The notes: a model not told the origin generated them from the letters alone. Shown: positions 13,290 to 26,199, counted from the stretch's first letter. The stretch: 64,000 nucleotides of DNA from Octopus bimaculoides (GCF_001194135.2 NC_068997.1:38763651-38827650); one strand, 5' to 3'. Numbers and translations: made by a program.

Positions 13290-13910
13290 GGTGGCTGGGC
13301 CTTCTTGAGTACTAGTGCTTTGTCTTACGTGTACACTGACAATGCACATTCAGCAGAACATACCAGCTTCATTCCTCTCTAGTCATTCCATGTCCTCTAC
13401 ATTCGGGGTCCATATCTCACTACCATGTAGCACTGTTATTTGTGTACATGCATCATACAATCTTCCTTTTATTCAGAAAGAGAGAGAGAAACCTTTGTTT
13501 GCCAACGGATGTAAAAGCTCTCTGAGCTTTCTTCGTCCTATTCTTATTTGAACAATTAAACTGTTGCTACATCCTCCTCAACAGCTAATTAGGTCAACTA
13601 GATAGCAGAGAGCTTCTGGGGTATTTGAGGAAATCAATTTCCCATGTATCTGTAGTTTTTATGGCTCTTGTACATCTTCCACTTACAAACACTACTTTTT
13701 CTGTTAACCTCTCTACTATTCCACTGCACCTCTTGTGTGTCCATAGCTTGCACTAGGTACACCAAATGGAATTTCTACCTACACCTTTCTTACATATCAC
13801 CCAGGGCCAGTTACCTGAAGTGGGTAGTGTCCTGTCTGATTTCTGGCTTACTAGAATCTTGTTCTTTAAGGCCCTTTGATTCTTGGTTTTGTTTCTACAC
13901 TTGAGATTTC
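13290..13910 (-). mobile_element. RTE LINE ORF2 C-terminal fragment
   Basis: Minus strand KILVSQKSDRTLPTSGNWPWVICKKGVGRNSI, RKLRELLHPLANKG, VLHGSEIW and LERNEAGM..MCIVSVH. Confidence 0.8.
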
Positions 13911-14205
13911 TTAAGCCATAAAAACACTACACACTACTCACACATACTCCATTGTATTAACATACAACATATGTAGTTAAAGACATTCCTCTCATGCTGA
14001 TATTGCCAGTTGGATATCCAAACGTTTGTAGGTTGGTGGTGGCATTGATCATATTGCTCTTGTTAATTGCATTGTTGCCATTTAGTCTCAAGTCAATCAT
14101 CATTGACCTCAAGTTCAGAGACATTTCACTCAACTTAAAATGCACTACCACATTAATCACATGTCATTGTCTTTTATTGTTGTTGTTGTTGTTGGTCATT
14201 AAGGA

Positions 14206-14462
14206 AGGTTAACAGAAAAAGTAGTGTTTGTATGTGGAAGATGTACAAGAACCATAAAAACTACAGATACATGGGAAATTGATTTCCTCAAATACCCCCC
14301 CCCCCCNNNNNNNNNNATCTAGTTGACCTAATTAACTGTTGAGGAGGATGTAGCAACAGTTTAATTGTTCAAATAAGAATAGGATGAAGACAGCTCAGAG
14401 AGCTTTTACATCCGTTGGCAAACAAAGGTTTCTCTCTCTCTTTCTGAATAAAAGGAAGATTG
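14206..14462 (+). repeat. Inverted duplicate of 13458-13710 (RTE-derived)
   Basis: Reverse complement of 13458-13710 with about 4 visible substitutions and a poly-C plus 10-N gap; 495-bp spacer between arms. Confidence 0.93.
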
Positions 14463-15289
14463 TTGGTTGAGGATAGATAGTGGTGGTGGTGAAGGTTAAT
14501 TTATATATAAGTATGTAGATGGATAGATAGATAGATAGTTACTTTGTGATCCAAGAAAATAATCACAAACACCAATATTCACTGTGAAAAATTCTAAATG
14601 TTTATAGTGATACATACATAAGCATTTGCATGCATGCTCGCGCACGTGCGTGCACACACACACACACACACACACACATGTATAGTAATTATAGTTTTTT
14701 AAATTGTTAACTATACTTTGATCTTAGCTGAAATACTTAGAAATAGCCTTTTGGCTAAGACAAAAGTATAATTTTAAATTGTTAAATTAATCCAGGTTTC
14801 CACAATGTTGAAATTATGGTCCATATTCTTAAATTAGTGGTCGTAGTTTGCAAAGCTATCCTACAAGTACAATTTTTATAAGAAGATAGTCAACTAAAGT
14901 TGACTACCTTCAGAAGTGATAATTTGTGGTTACAAGTTATAACTGTTTTGATTTCTAACTAATATTTGAATTGCCGTGTTCTGTATCATATTTGCTTCTA
15001 TTAAGTCAGGTATCACAATCTGTGATCCTTTATGATTTTCTGTGGGTTGCCATGTTTATATAAACATAATAATTTATTATTATAATAACTTAGTAATATT
15101 TTGTAATGTAATATTTAAGTCTGACTTGGATATATGATTTACTTAATGCAATAGATAGTGTTTGTTAAATTATTGTTTAGGGGTTTGTTCTGTGTTTTAT
15201 TTTCTGGCTATGTCTATGTTACCTAGAAAATGAGAATTGGAAACATGCTGGGTTTTAATTGATTTCAGTTATATAAAAGGAATATATTC

Positions 15290-15480
15290 ATGTGCTTATC
15301 ATGGTTAAGAAGTTCATTTTGCAAACATGTTGCTTTGGTCTCAATCCCCCCTTGGGCAAGTGCCTTTTGCTATAAACTTTAATTGACCAAAAACCTTGTG
15401 AATGAAATTTATTAGATAAAAACTGTGCGGTAGCCTGTCAATTGCATGTACTTGTGTGTAAGGTGGTTGATTTGAGAGAG
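15290..15480 (+). mobile_element. Degenerate tRNA/CORE-like SINE 5' part
   Basis: ATGGTTAAGAAGTTC..CCCTTGGGCAAGTGCCTTTTGCTATA..AAAACCTTGTGAATGAAATT. Confidence 0.6.
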
Positions 15481-16285
15481 TTATTTGAGTTGTTTGATAA
15501 AATTTGTTGCAATATCTGTTTTGGCTCTCTGCACTCTTAAATTCATATCTCTCTTTGCCTCTNNNNNNNNNNNNNNNNNNNNNNNNNNNNNNNNNNNNNN
15601 NNNNNNNNNNNNNNNNNNNNNNNNNNNNNNNNNNNNNNNNNNNNNNNNNNNNNNNNNNNNNNNNNNNNNNNNNNNNNNNNNNNNNNNNNNNNNNNNNNNN
15701 NNNNNNNNNNNNNNNNNNNNNNNNNNNNNNNNNNNNNNNNNNNNNNNNNNNNNNNNNNNNNNNNNNNNNNNNNNNNNNNNNNNNNNNNNNNNNNNNNNNN
15801 NNNNNNNNNNNNNNNNNNNNNNNNNNNNNNNNNNNNNNNNNNNNNNNNNNNNNNNNNNNNNNNNNNNNNNNNNNNNNNNNNNNNNNNNNNNNNNNNNNNN
15901 NNNNNNNNNNNNNNNNATATACATGCATGTATAAAAATGGTTTTGTTTCAGATTAAATAGCTTAGCATTTTAACAAATAAAATAAGTATTGAGATTAATG
16001 TGTTAAGTCATAAAAGAACAAAAAAAGTATATTATAGTAGTTATAAATGCTAGACCATCAACCACACTTTCAGTTATTTTCTATATTAAAATATATAAAG
16101 GAAAGAACAAAATAAGTCATGTTGATGAGAGAGAGGTGGAGGGAGGGAAGGGAACGTTGATGAGTCATGGTACTGAAGATAGTTGATTGAATTTGTGGTT
16201 TTTAGCTGAGAGAAAATGTATTGCATGTATACAAATCTCTTATATTGTACATTACTAAACCGTTCTTACTGTTCTGTTTGTGTAG

Positions 16286-16441
16286 GCAATCCGTGATGGT
16301 GTTATTGAAGCCACAATTGACCATGATCAATGTTATGTCCAGTCTAAAGAGACGAGTGACATTTACTCAACACGTGAACCTATGACAGCATTCCATCAAA
16401 GGATAAAGTTTTGCTTGGACATTCATAATTCTTCAGTCAAG
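16286..16441 (+). CDS. PSMD3: Internal coding exon of 26S proteasome non-ATPase regulatory subunit 3 (Rpn3), C-terminal region
   Basis: 156 nt, translating as [52 protein letters not shown], which closely matches the PSMD3 segment [50 protein letters not shown]. Pyrimidine tract plus TAG acceptor at 16283-16285; GTAAGC donor at 16442; phase 0/0. Confidence 0.97.
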
Positions 16442-17493
16442 GTAAGCAGTTATTTCTATTTCCTTCGGATCATTACTTGTACGATGTAAAAATATAATTG
16501 ATTTTTCTGGTTTAGCCCATCACTGAGCAAACTGTGAGTCATGATTCACATGTTGATCGTAACAAATCCTCTGAGTTCTAGTGTTGAAATCTAATTTTCT
16601 TTATATGTTTATGATAATTTTTTTAATGAGAAATGATGTGGAGATCAAGATAAAATGATAAAAATAGCTAAATAAATGGAAGAAGACATAATATAAAGAA
16701 TGTACAAACTACAACAGATAAAATTAATTTTAAATATTTTATGGTTGTATGTTGATCATTTGGGAATTGAAATTTTTTTTTTTAATGGAATATTTTGATT
16801 TGATTTATTGGTCAATAACAGTCAGGAGATGTCAGTTGGAAAAAAATTATCTAACTATTTATAATAATCAGATTGATATATCTAAGAGTAATTTTTGTTG
16901 GGAGATACACGATTCCCTGAAATGTATAAAGTTAAAATGAATTTTCTGATAATACCTGTGAATATTTGATATGAATATGAATCTCTAATATATAGTTTAG
17001 TGGTTTTAATTATTTTTCTATTGAATTTTTTCTCTTACTATAATTGTAGTTTTAGTTTAAATGAATGAATTATATCTAAGACAGTATATGGAATATTAAA
17101 TATTTTTCTTGGTAAATTATGTATTAAATTTACTTCACAAAGTTAATCTTGTTTGACATGGAATAAATAAGCTTAATCTTTAATATGTACTTCTCAAACT
17201 GACCAGAGAAAAATTTGTATGATTTTTTTTTTTTTTTTAAATCCTGAAAATCATGTTTCAATACCAAATGAAGTAAATATGTCATTTGTGTGATTTATGT
17301 GATTTATATCTACTGTTTTCTCCCTGTATTTTGTTGTTTAGCAAGTTTGCAGAATTGTAGTCGATGTTATTATTTATTCAATAACATTTCACCAAATTCA
17401 CATAGAACTAATAACGGTGCCATCAGAGATCATATTTTCTTTCTTAAAGCCAAATGGAAGGATTTGATTTCTTCTCAACAGGCTTTAGAGTTG

Positions 17494-17530
<37 letters not shown>

Positions 17531-17589
17531 TCCTTAATTGTTTTAGTGCTCCCATTCTTGAGTTAGTGGAACAACAAGGAGGTGACACC

Positions 17590-17760
17590 CGGAGGGAGAA
17601 AGGGCTGCACCATTGCCAGACTGGATATTCATTCCCAGCTAAATAGATTGGAACAACATGAAAAGAAGTGCATTGCTCAAGAACATAGCATATAGTGTGG
17701 CCCAGAGATAGAACTCATGATCAAAAGCCCAACACCCTAAATTGACCATGCACTTTCACA
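17590..17760 (-). mobile_element. Degenerate SINE-like fragment
   Basis: CATTCCCAGCTAAATAGATTGGAACAAC..AAGTGCATTGCTCAAGAACA resembles common invertebrate SINE central motifs; heavily decayed. Confidence 0.4.
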
Positions 17761-17838
17761 CATATGATTAATGATTAATGTTTACGTAGTCAATGGAGTT
17801 AACCTATAATCTTTCTGGTCTGATAAATTTCTGGAGGT

Positions 17839-17880
<42 letters not shown>

Positions 17881-18504
17881 GGACTTGGCTCAATGTTTAG
17901 CTTTGCAGTTAGGCTGTTGATGGATTAAGCAAAGTTATTTCAGATACTTTAGGCATATTGTGTTACAAGTGTCTTAGCAACCAAGTAAAAGATTAGTGAA
18001 CTGAAAAAGTGAACTACTATTGTGTGGTTTTGGGTGGTTCAATGCATAATTTTTATTCCTACAAAAAATGGCTGTCTACTTAAATGTTCTTATAAAATTA
18101 TTTATGATGAACAGTATTCTTTATACTAGACTTTTGTCTAGTAGTTGTTTCATATTTACATCTTTTATTCTAATCTGTCAGTGTGCACTGCATTTATTGC
18201 TGCTAATATTGAGTGCTCTATGTGTGCTTGAGAATTTAGGGTGTTTGTTTACATCCAGAGGCCTAAGCCTGGTTTGTTGTCTGCACTTGAAAAGTTCTCT
18301 TACCAAGCATGGGGCATTCTATTCTTCATCCTCCTAAGTCTCCTGAAGAAAAAAACAGCAAAAACAAAATAAAGTAAATTAGTTTTTGTGGATACCAATT
18401 CTAAAAAAGTTCATTTTCTAGATTTAGGGTCCTTTTTACTCTGTATTTGCTTGAACATTGATTGACAAAAATAGATGAATCTTGATTTGTTGATCATTAG
18501 AATA

Positions 18505-18545
<41 letters not shown>

Positions 18546-19965
18546 ATAGTGAGAATTAATGTTGTAAGGTTGCATAGAATTCATTTTCTGTTTCTTCTTG
18601 GCATTGAAACCACTTTAATGTTCTTAAACTGAGAAAATATATATATNNNNNNNNNNNNNNNNNNNNNNNNNNNNNNNNNNNNNNNNNNNNNNNNNNNNNN
18701 NNNNNNNNNNNNNNNNNNNNNNNNNNNATATATATGGACAGATTCAAGTTGAGTTTTCAAAAGAAAGTTTCTCATATTTTGATTATGAATAGTTACTGAA
18801 TAAATAGTTATTAATTTTTATTAATGTTAGCAGTTTTATTGTGTCATTACTGTTTCTTTGCCAAACTTTTATACAGTGGAAAGCATTGCTTTCTGAAAAC
18901 TGTGTCAGTTTATTCATAGTTGTTTAATTTATTAATAGTTCTATTCTGTTGCTATTTCTCTACTGATTTTCTGGAAGTACTTTGTAGGAGTCCATTGAAT
19001 ATCTTGTTTTTATTGCAATTTAATTATTAAAATTGACTTTCTCTGTTAGCATCTATGAAGATAAAATACACATAGAGCTATTTTAAAACAAATTCTCTTC
19101 CTTCTAATTCTGTATTCAATTTCATATCTTGCATGTCTTTAGATTGCCTGTATAAAATAAAATAATTTGAAACAGCACCTCTTGTAAATTCATATTATCA
19201 ATTACTTATTAATTTGAAACAGAGAAGATTGCAATTGTAAGAAATGGAAATATATTTTGAAATGTATTTGTCAACAAACTTAATTTATTAATGTTTTGAC
19301 TATTTATGCAACTGTATGATTGTTTTGTTGCAAAATATTTTCTATAAATTATGTATTTTTGAAATTTTGTTTATAAACTATTATTATTTTTTTGTCCACA
19401 TTTAACAAAATTTTGATGCTTTGGTTTGCTATTTATGAAATCTCTTCATTAAATAAAATATCATCTTTCTAAATGTACTACTTGAACTTTTAGCTGCAAA
19501 ATCATTTAGTAATAAACTTGATATACTTGATGCTATTTCACTTGTAGTGACTATGCAGCTAGCTCTCATTATCTTGACCGAAACAATGCTTTAAACCATC
19601 AAAATAACTAATATGATTTTTCTCTTGGTATATGGAAGCAGACTTTTGTCTAGTGATGTTTAGTAGGTATAGTTGTGTGTGTGCACGTGTGTGCATGCAA
19701 AAGAAAAGTGCAGTGATACGGTTAGATGTTGTTTTCCAGCCATGATAATTTTAGCTTGAGGGACATGCCTTGAGTGACCTTTCTAATTACATAGGGAAAT
19801 GACAGTGGGGAAAAAATTTGTAAAAATGAGTTGTACTTTTTTACTGAACATAGCTTGATTGATAAACAATTGACTTTCTCATAAAAGAGGCAGGGACAAG
19901 AAGTCAATCTTAGTTTACTAATATGTGTCTTAATTTTTCATACCAATAATGCAAGCATTGATTTG

Positions 19966-19981
19966 ATCATCATCATCATCA

Positions 19982-20018
<37 letters not shown>

Positions 20019-20375
20019 GGCTGGGTTCCAACCAGGAATGCAGCAACACAGTCCAATCACCACACCTCTTGGGCCAACATCACTGCCTCATGGTCCTACA
20101 TCACTGCCTCATGGTCCTGGATACATTCCAGGCCAGTGTCTGTGATCAAGTTGTCAATGTAAGCATGACTATGTTTTCTTCTTACATCACCATGAAGAGG
20201 GTTCTGCAAGACTAATTTGGAATGTTGCAGTTCAGGGTGGTGCATGCAGTGACCAGATAGTTGCAGCTGACTTTGTCTAATCTCCTCGCTAACTTTTGAC
20301 AGGACTCCATAAAGGCATTCGTTTGTCATATGCTGGTGCCATTTCACATTTAGGGCCATTCATGACATCCTTGTG
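19966..20375 (-). mobile_element. 5'-truncated non-LTR retrotransposon (RTE/RTEX-like ORF2 C-terminus) with microsatellite tail
   Basis: ORF 20096-20359: MALNVKWHQHMTNECLYGVLSKVSEEIRQSQLQLSGHCMHHPE..SKLVL..P.HG..YIDNL..DTGL. It ends in a (TAA)n(TGA)n tail on the minus strand at 19966-20017. Confidence 0.8.
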
Positions 20376-20661
20376 TAGCAGTCATCTCTTAATAATGACC
20401 AATAATGGTTCAAGATCTTACAATTGCAAAATTTTCAAGATCTTGGAATTACAAAACTTGTGAGTTAATTTTGCTTTTGTTTTAAAAAGTTGGTGAATTC
20501 TTGCTGTTTGCCAAGTGCTCTTTTTTTGTTTTTTGTTTTTTTTAAATGATGTCTGTAATTATGGCAAGTAATCAAGAATGAGTTCTGTTAAAGCAAATAT
20601 ATCAACATCATCACCATCATCATCATTTAACATCTGTTTTCTATGCTGGCATGGGTTGGAC

Positions 20662-20717
<56 letters not shown>

Positions 20718-20827
20718 CACACACAACAGTTCAAAATTTAGTGTTTAGTTTGACCCTCAGGAAAAATAGAAGTCTTTGACTTTTCAAGCCTTCTACAAAA
20801 AGGAATGAGGAGAGAAAACAGATGAAG

Positions 20828-20834
<7 letters not shown>

Positions 20835-20889
<55 letters not shown>

Positions 20890-20947
20890 TGTGTGTGTAT
20901 GCAGAGAGAGAGAGAGAGAGAGAGAGTGTGTGTGTGTGTGTGTGTGT

Positions 20948-20987
<40 letters not shown>

Positions 20988-21015
20988 TGTGTATGTATGC
21001 AGAGAGAGAGAGAGA
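20835..21015. repeat. Compound (GA)n/(GT)n microsatellite with higher-order repetition
   Basis: Alternating GA and GT tracts separated by GTATGCA, three times. Confidence 0.9.
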
Positions 21016-21681
21016 TGCTCTTTAATCTCAGATATAATTACATCTGATTATTCTGCCTCCTTAGATTTGATAGATGTTGTTGATGAAAAATTTATTTTCT
21101 CTTTCAATTGAAATAGTTTAATGATTGACTATAACATAACCACTTTTAAGCAAGACTTCTTTGCTTCAGCCCATCATCATACCATGTGAACATAAGTTAA
21201 AATAAGTTCTATATTCTAAGTCACCACAGCATTTTATTCTATATTTCTAACTAAAATATATGCCTGTTAAATTTCTGTTAAATTCTTTAAAAATTGTGAA
21301 TTTTAATTGGTTTTGTAACTTTTTATTTAATGATTTATAAGTGTGGTTTTCGGGACACAGGTTAACAGACAGTTCTTCAATAAATCTGTTACATAATTTT
21401 TGTCTCAAATGAATCTGACTGCAAGTAAATTCAGAAAAATTCAGTTTAAATACTGCCATATAAAATGATTTAGCCAATATTCAGCTGAGTATTCAACAAG
21501 ACTGTAATAATGTAGAATTGAGATTTTTAAGTTAAACTCAAATACATTTATACAGAGTATTGGAATTTGTGTTTGAAGAAAACTTTGATATAGAATGAAC
21601 TCTTGCACATATACATAAATTCACACAAACATACACAACAATGATTCACAAATATAAGTTAGTCAAAGTTTGCCACTCACT

Positions 21682-22445
21682 ACATCATCATCATCATCAT
21701 CATCGTTTAACATCCATTTTCCATGCTGGTATGGGTTGGACGGTTCGACTGGAGTCTGGGAAGCCAGGTGGCTGCACCAGGCCCCAATCTGATCGCTTTT
21801 TACGTGCCACCAGCACAGGGGCCAGGGGAGTTGGCATCGGCCATGATCGGATGGTGCTTTTTATGTGACACCAGCATGGAAGCCAGTCAAGGTGTCACTG
21901 GCATCAGCCACGTTCGGATGGTGCTTTTTACGTGCCACCGGCACGGGGGTCACAACTACAATTTCCATTTGATTGTGATTTGATTTGATTTTCATATTGA
22001 TGTACTTGACTCAATAGGTCTCTTCAAGCACGGCATGTTGCCCTATGATCCAAGGTACTTTTGACTGGGCTGGTTATGCGATGCTGTGAAATCAATTTAT
22101 TTGCTGGGTCTTCTCAGTCACAGCATACCTCCAGAGGCCTCGATCTTTTGTCATTGCCTCTGTGAGGCCCAACGTTTGAAGGTAATGCTTCATCACTTCA
22201 TCCTATGTCTTCCTGGGTCTCCCTCTACCCCGGATTCCTTCCACTGTTTGGGAGTGGCACATCTTCACACAGCTATCCTCATCCATCCGCAGTACATGAC
22301 CATACCAATGCAAACGTCTCTCTTGCACGCCACATCTGATGCTTCTTATGTCCAACATTTCTCTCAAGGCTCTTATATTTTGTCATTTGTGCACACTGAC
22401 ATTACAAATCCAGCGGATCATGCTAGCTTCATTTCTTTTGAGCCT
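21682..22445 (-). mobile_element. 5'-truncated RTE LINE: ORF2 C-terminus, 3'UTR and (ATG)n tail
   Basis: Minus strand VTAEDM.LKRNEASMIRWICNVSVHK..LREMLDIRSIRCGVQERRLHWYGHVLRMDEDSCVK..GRGRPRKT.., then a 3'UTR with ~60-bp units and CCATACCAGCATGGAAAATGGATGTTAAACGATGATGATG. Confidence 0.92.
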
Positions 22446-22536
22446 ACATGTCTTCAGCAGTCACAAATTAAAAAAAATTGAAAATGAGGTAACTTTGAAA
22501 AGCTATTTTATAAAATCATAATATATTTATATATAT

Positions 22537-22790
22537 CATCATCAAGCATCTGTTCTCCATGCTAGTATGGGTTGGATGGTTTAACAGGAGCTGGTCAGCT
22601 AGAGAGCTGCCTGGACTCCATTTTGTCTGTTTTGGCATGGTTTCTACAACTGGATGCCCTTCCTAGCACCAGCCACTTCACAGAGTGTTTCGGGTGCTTT
22701 TAACATGGTACTAGCACAGGTGCTTTTATGTGACACTGGTACAAGCACTTTTACATGACACTGGAACAGGTGCTTTTATGTAGAATATAT
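22537..22790 (-). mobile_element. RTE 3'UTR fragment
   Basis: CATCATC..TCCATGCTAGTATGGGTTGGATGG..GGATGCCCTTCCTAGC, plus short internal GGTGCTTTTA repeats. Confidence 0.8.
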
Positions 22791-22809
22791 ATATATATAT
22801 ATATATTGG

Positions 22810-23030
22810 TCCATCAAACTAAGTGAAATCATAGTTGTGGCCAATGCTGGTAGCATATGAAAAGCACTTGTTACTTTCTTGGAGTGGTTGATGTTAGGAA
22901 GGGCATCCAACCGTAGAAACCATGCCATATCAGATTGGAACCTGGTGTAGCCCTCCAGCTTACCAGTTTCAGTTAAACCATCTAACCCATGCCAGCATGG
23001 AAGCAGATGCTAAATGATGATGTTGATGAT
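22810..23030 (+). mobile_element. RTE 3'UTR fragment, head-to-head with the previous copy
   Basis: GGAGTGGTTGATGTTAGGAAGGGCATCC..CCATGCCAGCATGGAAGCAGATGCTAAATGATGATG. Confidence 0.8.
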
Positions 23031-23044
23031 ATGCACCCCCATAT

Positions 23045-24270
23045 TCCTGCCATGGAAACTAGTGAAGCATTCAGCTCTACATACCTTGCAGAATGTACAT
23101 TGGAAGGTCTGTCCATGAGACTTTTCCTTTTCTGGTGTTGGCATTTCAGGCATAGTGTTTTTTGTGATTTCTGTTTCATGGAGCTTAGTTGTCTCCTTAC
23201 TGTTATTATTTTTTTCCCTTTTGAGCAGACTGCTTTGAACTGTGTTGCTACATCTCTCTTCAACTCCTCCTAGTTTGCTATATAGTAGAACAGAATTCAC
23301 ATCAAACTGACTATTGCCACCACTTATTACCTGGTCTACCAACTGATTAATATCTCTTGCCATTTGCTTTTTCTGATCTACACCTTCCATGTACCTGTTA
23401 TAATGAAGGTCCATAAATGGTGTGTCATTTCCAGCTGTATGTAGTTGAGCACAAGCAGTGAGAAAATCAATTTACCAATTTCTATATGCAGTCATTAGCA
23501 GATTTCCATTTTGCTGTTGGATTATTTCTCTCTTTTTTTTGCTACCTTTTATATCTATCCTAGCACATACAGTATCACAGCATCCATGTCAGCAGCAATT
23601 TTGATCCAACTGTTAAAAAAAAATTAAAAAAACCCAAAAAACCTTGGTTATGCAACGGGAGTGATAATTTTCAGACCATACAGTACCCGTGGTCATACTG
23701 ACTTACCTCATTGTATTTCTAACCTGTATAAGAATTAATCTTACAGCAGCACTTACCTCACAAATCTTCCAAATTTTGACCCCCACTCCATTTTGTATCA
23801 GGTTTTTATAATCTATGATACCTACATTAATAAAGTTGTTTTCCAAGCTTCTAAAAGGTGTTAAAAGTCCTTTAAATAGAGACAAGGAAGAGATCATAAT
23901 TTTTTTCTTGTGCACTGGTGTACTCGTAGTGTCTCATATGTGGAAGTAGTAGTGTAGAGACCTGTGCTGTAACAGCACAACGCTGCATCCATCATTTGTT
24001 GGCGATTCCCTTCTCCTGGTAAATGATACCTTTGCATCACTCTGAGAGGGGAATGTGTTGAATAAAATCCTAACCACTAGACAATGCGAGTCGTTTTACT
24101 GGAAACATACTGGTCACTGATAGGGTCATCCTTTCTCCCGTAATTTGTAATTCACATTTGTTTCTTAATACTCACGATAATGTTAATAGCGGAAGATACT
24201 AGAGTTTCCTCCTGGCATGTAGGAGACTTTTTCTCTTTGTTTGCATTCTGTGTAGATGTTTGCAGTTGTC
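23045..24270 (-). pseudogene. piggyBac-like transposase fossil with a candidate spliceosomal intron at 23610-23706
   Basis: Motifs in the expected order on the minus strand: LFKG; GVKIWKICE..CCKINSYTG; GCCDTV..R; QQQNGNLLMTA; YNRYMEGVD..QM; VGRPGNKWW; terminal FQCTFCKVCRAECFTSFH (Cys-rich domain). Multiple stops and frameshifts. The upstream limit is uncertain. Confidence 0.7.
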
Positions 24271-24782
24271 TGGAATATTTTAACCAGAATGAGAAAAAAA
24301 AAAAAAAAAAAAANNNNNNNNNNNNNNNNNNNNNNNNNNNNNNNNNNNNNNNNNNNNNNNNNNNNNNNNNNNNNNNNNNNNNNNNNNNNNNNNNNNNNNN
24401 NNNNNNNNNNNNNNNNNNNNNNNNNNNNNNNNNNNNNNNNNNNNNNNNNNNNNNNNNNNTATATATATATATATATATATGAATTTTCCCTCAAGTTTGT
24501 GGCATTTTTCATTTGATTTTGCAACATCTTTTGAAGACCTTTAAAATTTAGATTCACTATTAATGAATATGATACTGGTATCTATTTTTTTTTTTGTTTT
24601 AATTATAAAACATTACAGAAAATCTAATAGTTATCGTATGGCAAAAAAAAAAATATCCTGAAATCAGGGAATACAAATTTCACTAAAAAAGATGTTAGAC
24701 AATGTGAAGCGATTATCTATCCTGTGCAGTAACATGCTACCATTGAATGAACTCATGAGATTTGCATTGAAATTCTCATTTA

Positions 24783-25000
24783 CAAGATAGTGCTGAAAAG
24801 TTCCGGGCTTTAAGGGTATTGCAAAAAATCTGGTTGGAGGTCCACCATTCTCAGTTGTTTTACAGGGCTTAGAAAAACTGAAGGACTGCTGCAATAAGTG
24901 TGTGAATTTGAGAGGGGAATATGTTCAATAAAATCATAATTAACTGATCCTCCTGTATTTTCTTTTATTCAAAGCCAGGAACTTTTCAGCCCCTCCCTCA
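24783..25000 (+). mobile_element. Mariner-derived MITE (internal deletion derivative)
   Basis: Inverted termini GTGCTGAAAAGTTCCGGGCTTT / AAAGCCAGGAACTTTTCAGCCC with flanking TA; internal EKLKDCCNKCVNLRGEYVQ* resembles the mariner C-terminus. Confidence 0.85.
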
Positions 25001-25139
25001 TAAATATGAATAGGTTACTTAGGGTAGTTTCAGGCAGTTTGGTTTTAAAAACCAAAAAAGTTTGGAGGCAGTTTTGGTAAGTTGGTAACAGCCATATAAA
25101 TATATTAGCAGCAATATTCATGTATGTAGCTCAATGAAT

Positions 25140-25345
25140 ATTGATTTCAAATGTTTGCACAAGGCCAACAATTTCATTGGAAGGGATAAGTTAATTACAC
25201 TGATCCCAGTACTCTAACTGGTACTTATTTTATCAACCCCAAAAAGATGAAAGGTAAAGTTAGCCTTGGCGGAATTTGAACTCAGAGCACAATGATAGAC
25301 AAAATGCTGCTAAGCATTTTGCCCAGCATGCTAATGATTCTGCTA
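25140..25345 (-). mobile_element. Second tRNA-derived SINE family, copy 1 (conserved central domain, Meta/Nin-like)
   Basis: CTGGTACTTATTTTATCAACCCC..GATGAAAGGTAAAGTT..CCTTGGCGGAATTTGAACTCAG, shared with the copies at 48975 and 62073. The superfamily label is tentative. Confidence 0.75.
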
Positions 25346-26199
25346 GCTCGTCACCTCATAACTTAATAGATATTGTTTTTAGGCAAGTTGTTCTTGACTT
25401 GCTTACAACAATAAAAAAATGTTTTCTCAGAATCATATTGAATTATACATGGAGGTTCACAGATAGCAAAGAAACAAATGTCTCATCTTATCCATTTTCA
25501 TGCCCCGGTAACCTCAGGGTTAGCTTTTGGATTCAATAAAATGAATGTCAGTAAAATACTTGGATTGAATGATTGAATATAATTGTCCACTATAAAGTAT
25601 GACTTGGATCTAGTTAAGAGAAATCAATAATACATTTTAATACAATAAATGTTATTTAATTATAGTACTGTATTGAAATGTAAACTAACATCACATTAAA
25701 AAGGGTATAACTGATGGCATATGTTTGTGTAAAAATAATTACTAGTTCAATATTTCAAGCTAGAAGCATTGAGTTTCACTGTAGTGGAGTTTCAAATGTT
25801 GATCAGGTTATAATTTCTTTTACCAGTAATATCTTTAATAATTTCAGGTTGTTCCAAAAATATTAAGTCAAAATCCTGTTAAGTGCATCAGAGAAGTATG
25901 AGCAACTGTAATGCATTTGTTCTTACTGTTCAATCGCTCAGCAGCAACTTGCTGAGAAACCTTAAAGTCGGAAATGATTTTATGTTCCTCATCTTGGTCA
26001 TTTTTTGTCTCTACAATCAAATATCCTGAGATGTGACTTCACTTCTTTCTGTGTCCTTCTTTGGTACAAATGAGTTCTCTTAATAGCAAACATCAGTTGT
26101 TCTCAGCGTTTATTCATATCCTCTGTTTATAGCAACATAGTTCTTGTGTTGCTGTTTAGCTGCTCTCTCATTTTTATTGCATGCTACCTGTTGCTATTG

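Noticed and set aside
19963-20145. MAGFQPGMQQHSPITTPLGPTSLPHGP ORF resembling a Pro-rich exon
   Set aside because: It is the antisense of a LINE 3' end and its microsatellite tail.
23724-23756. Second GTAAGT...CAG mini-intron in the piggyBac fossil
   Set aside because: It is only 33 nt long, and the sequence itself encodes the expected CE..(Y)C...YTG motif, so it is more likely coding.
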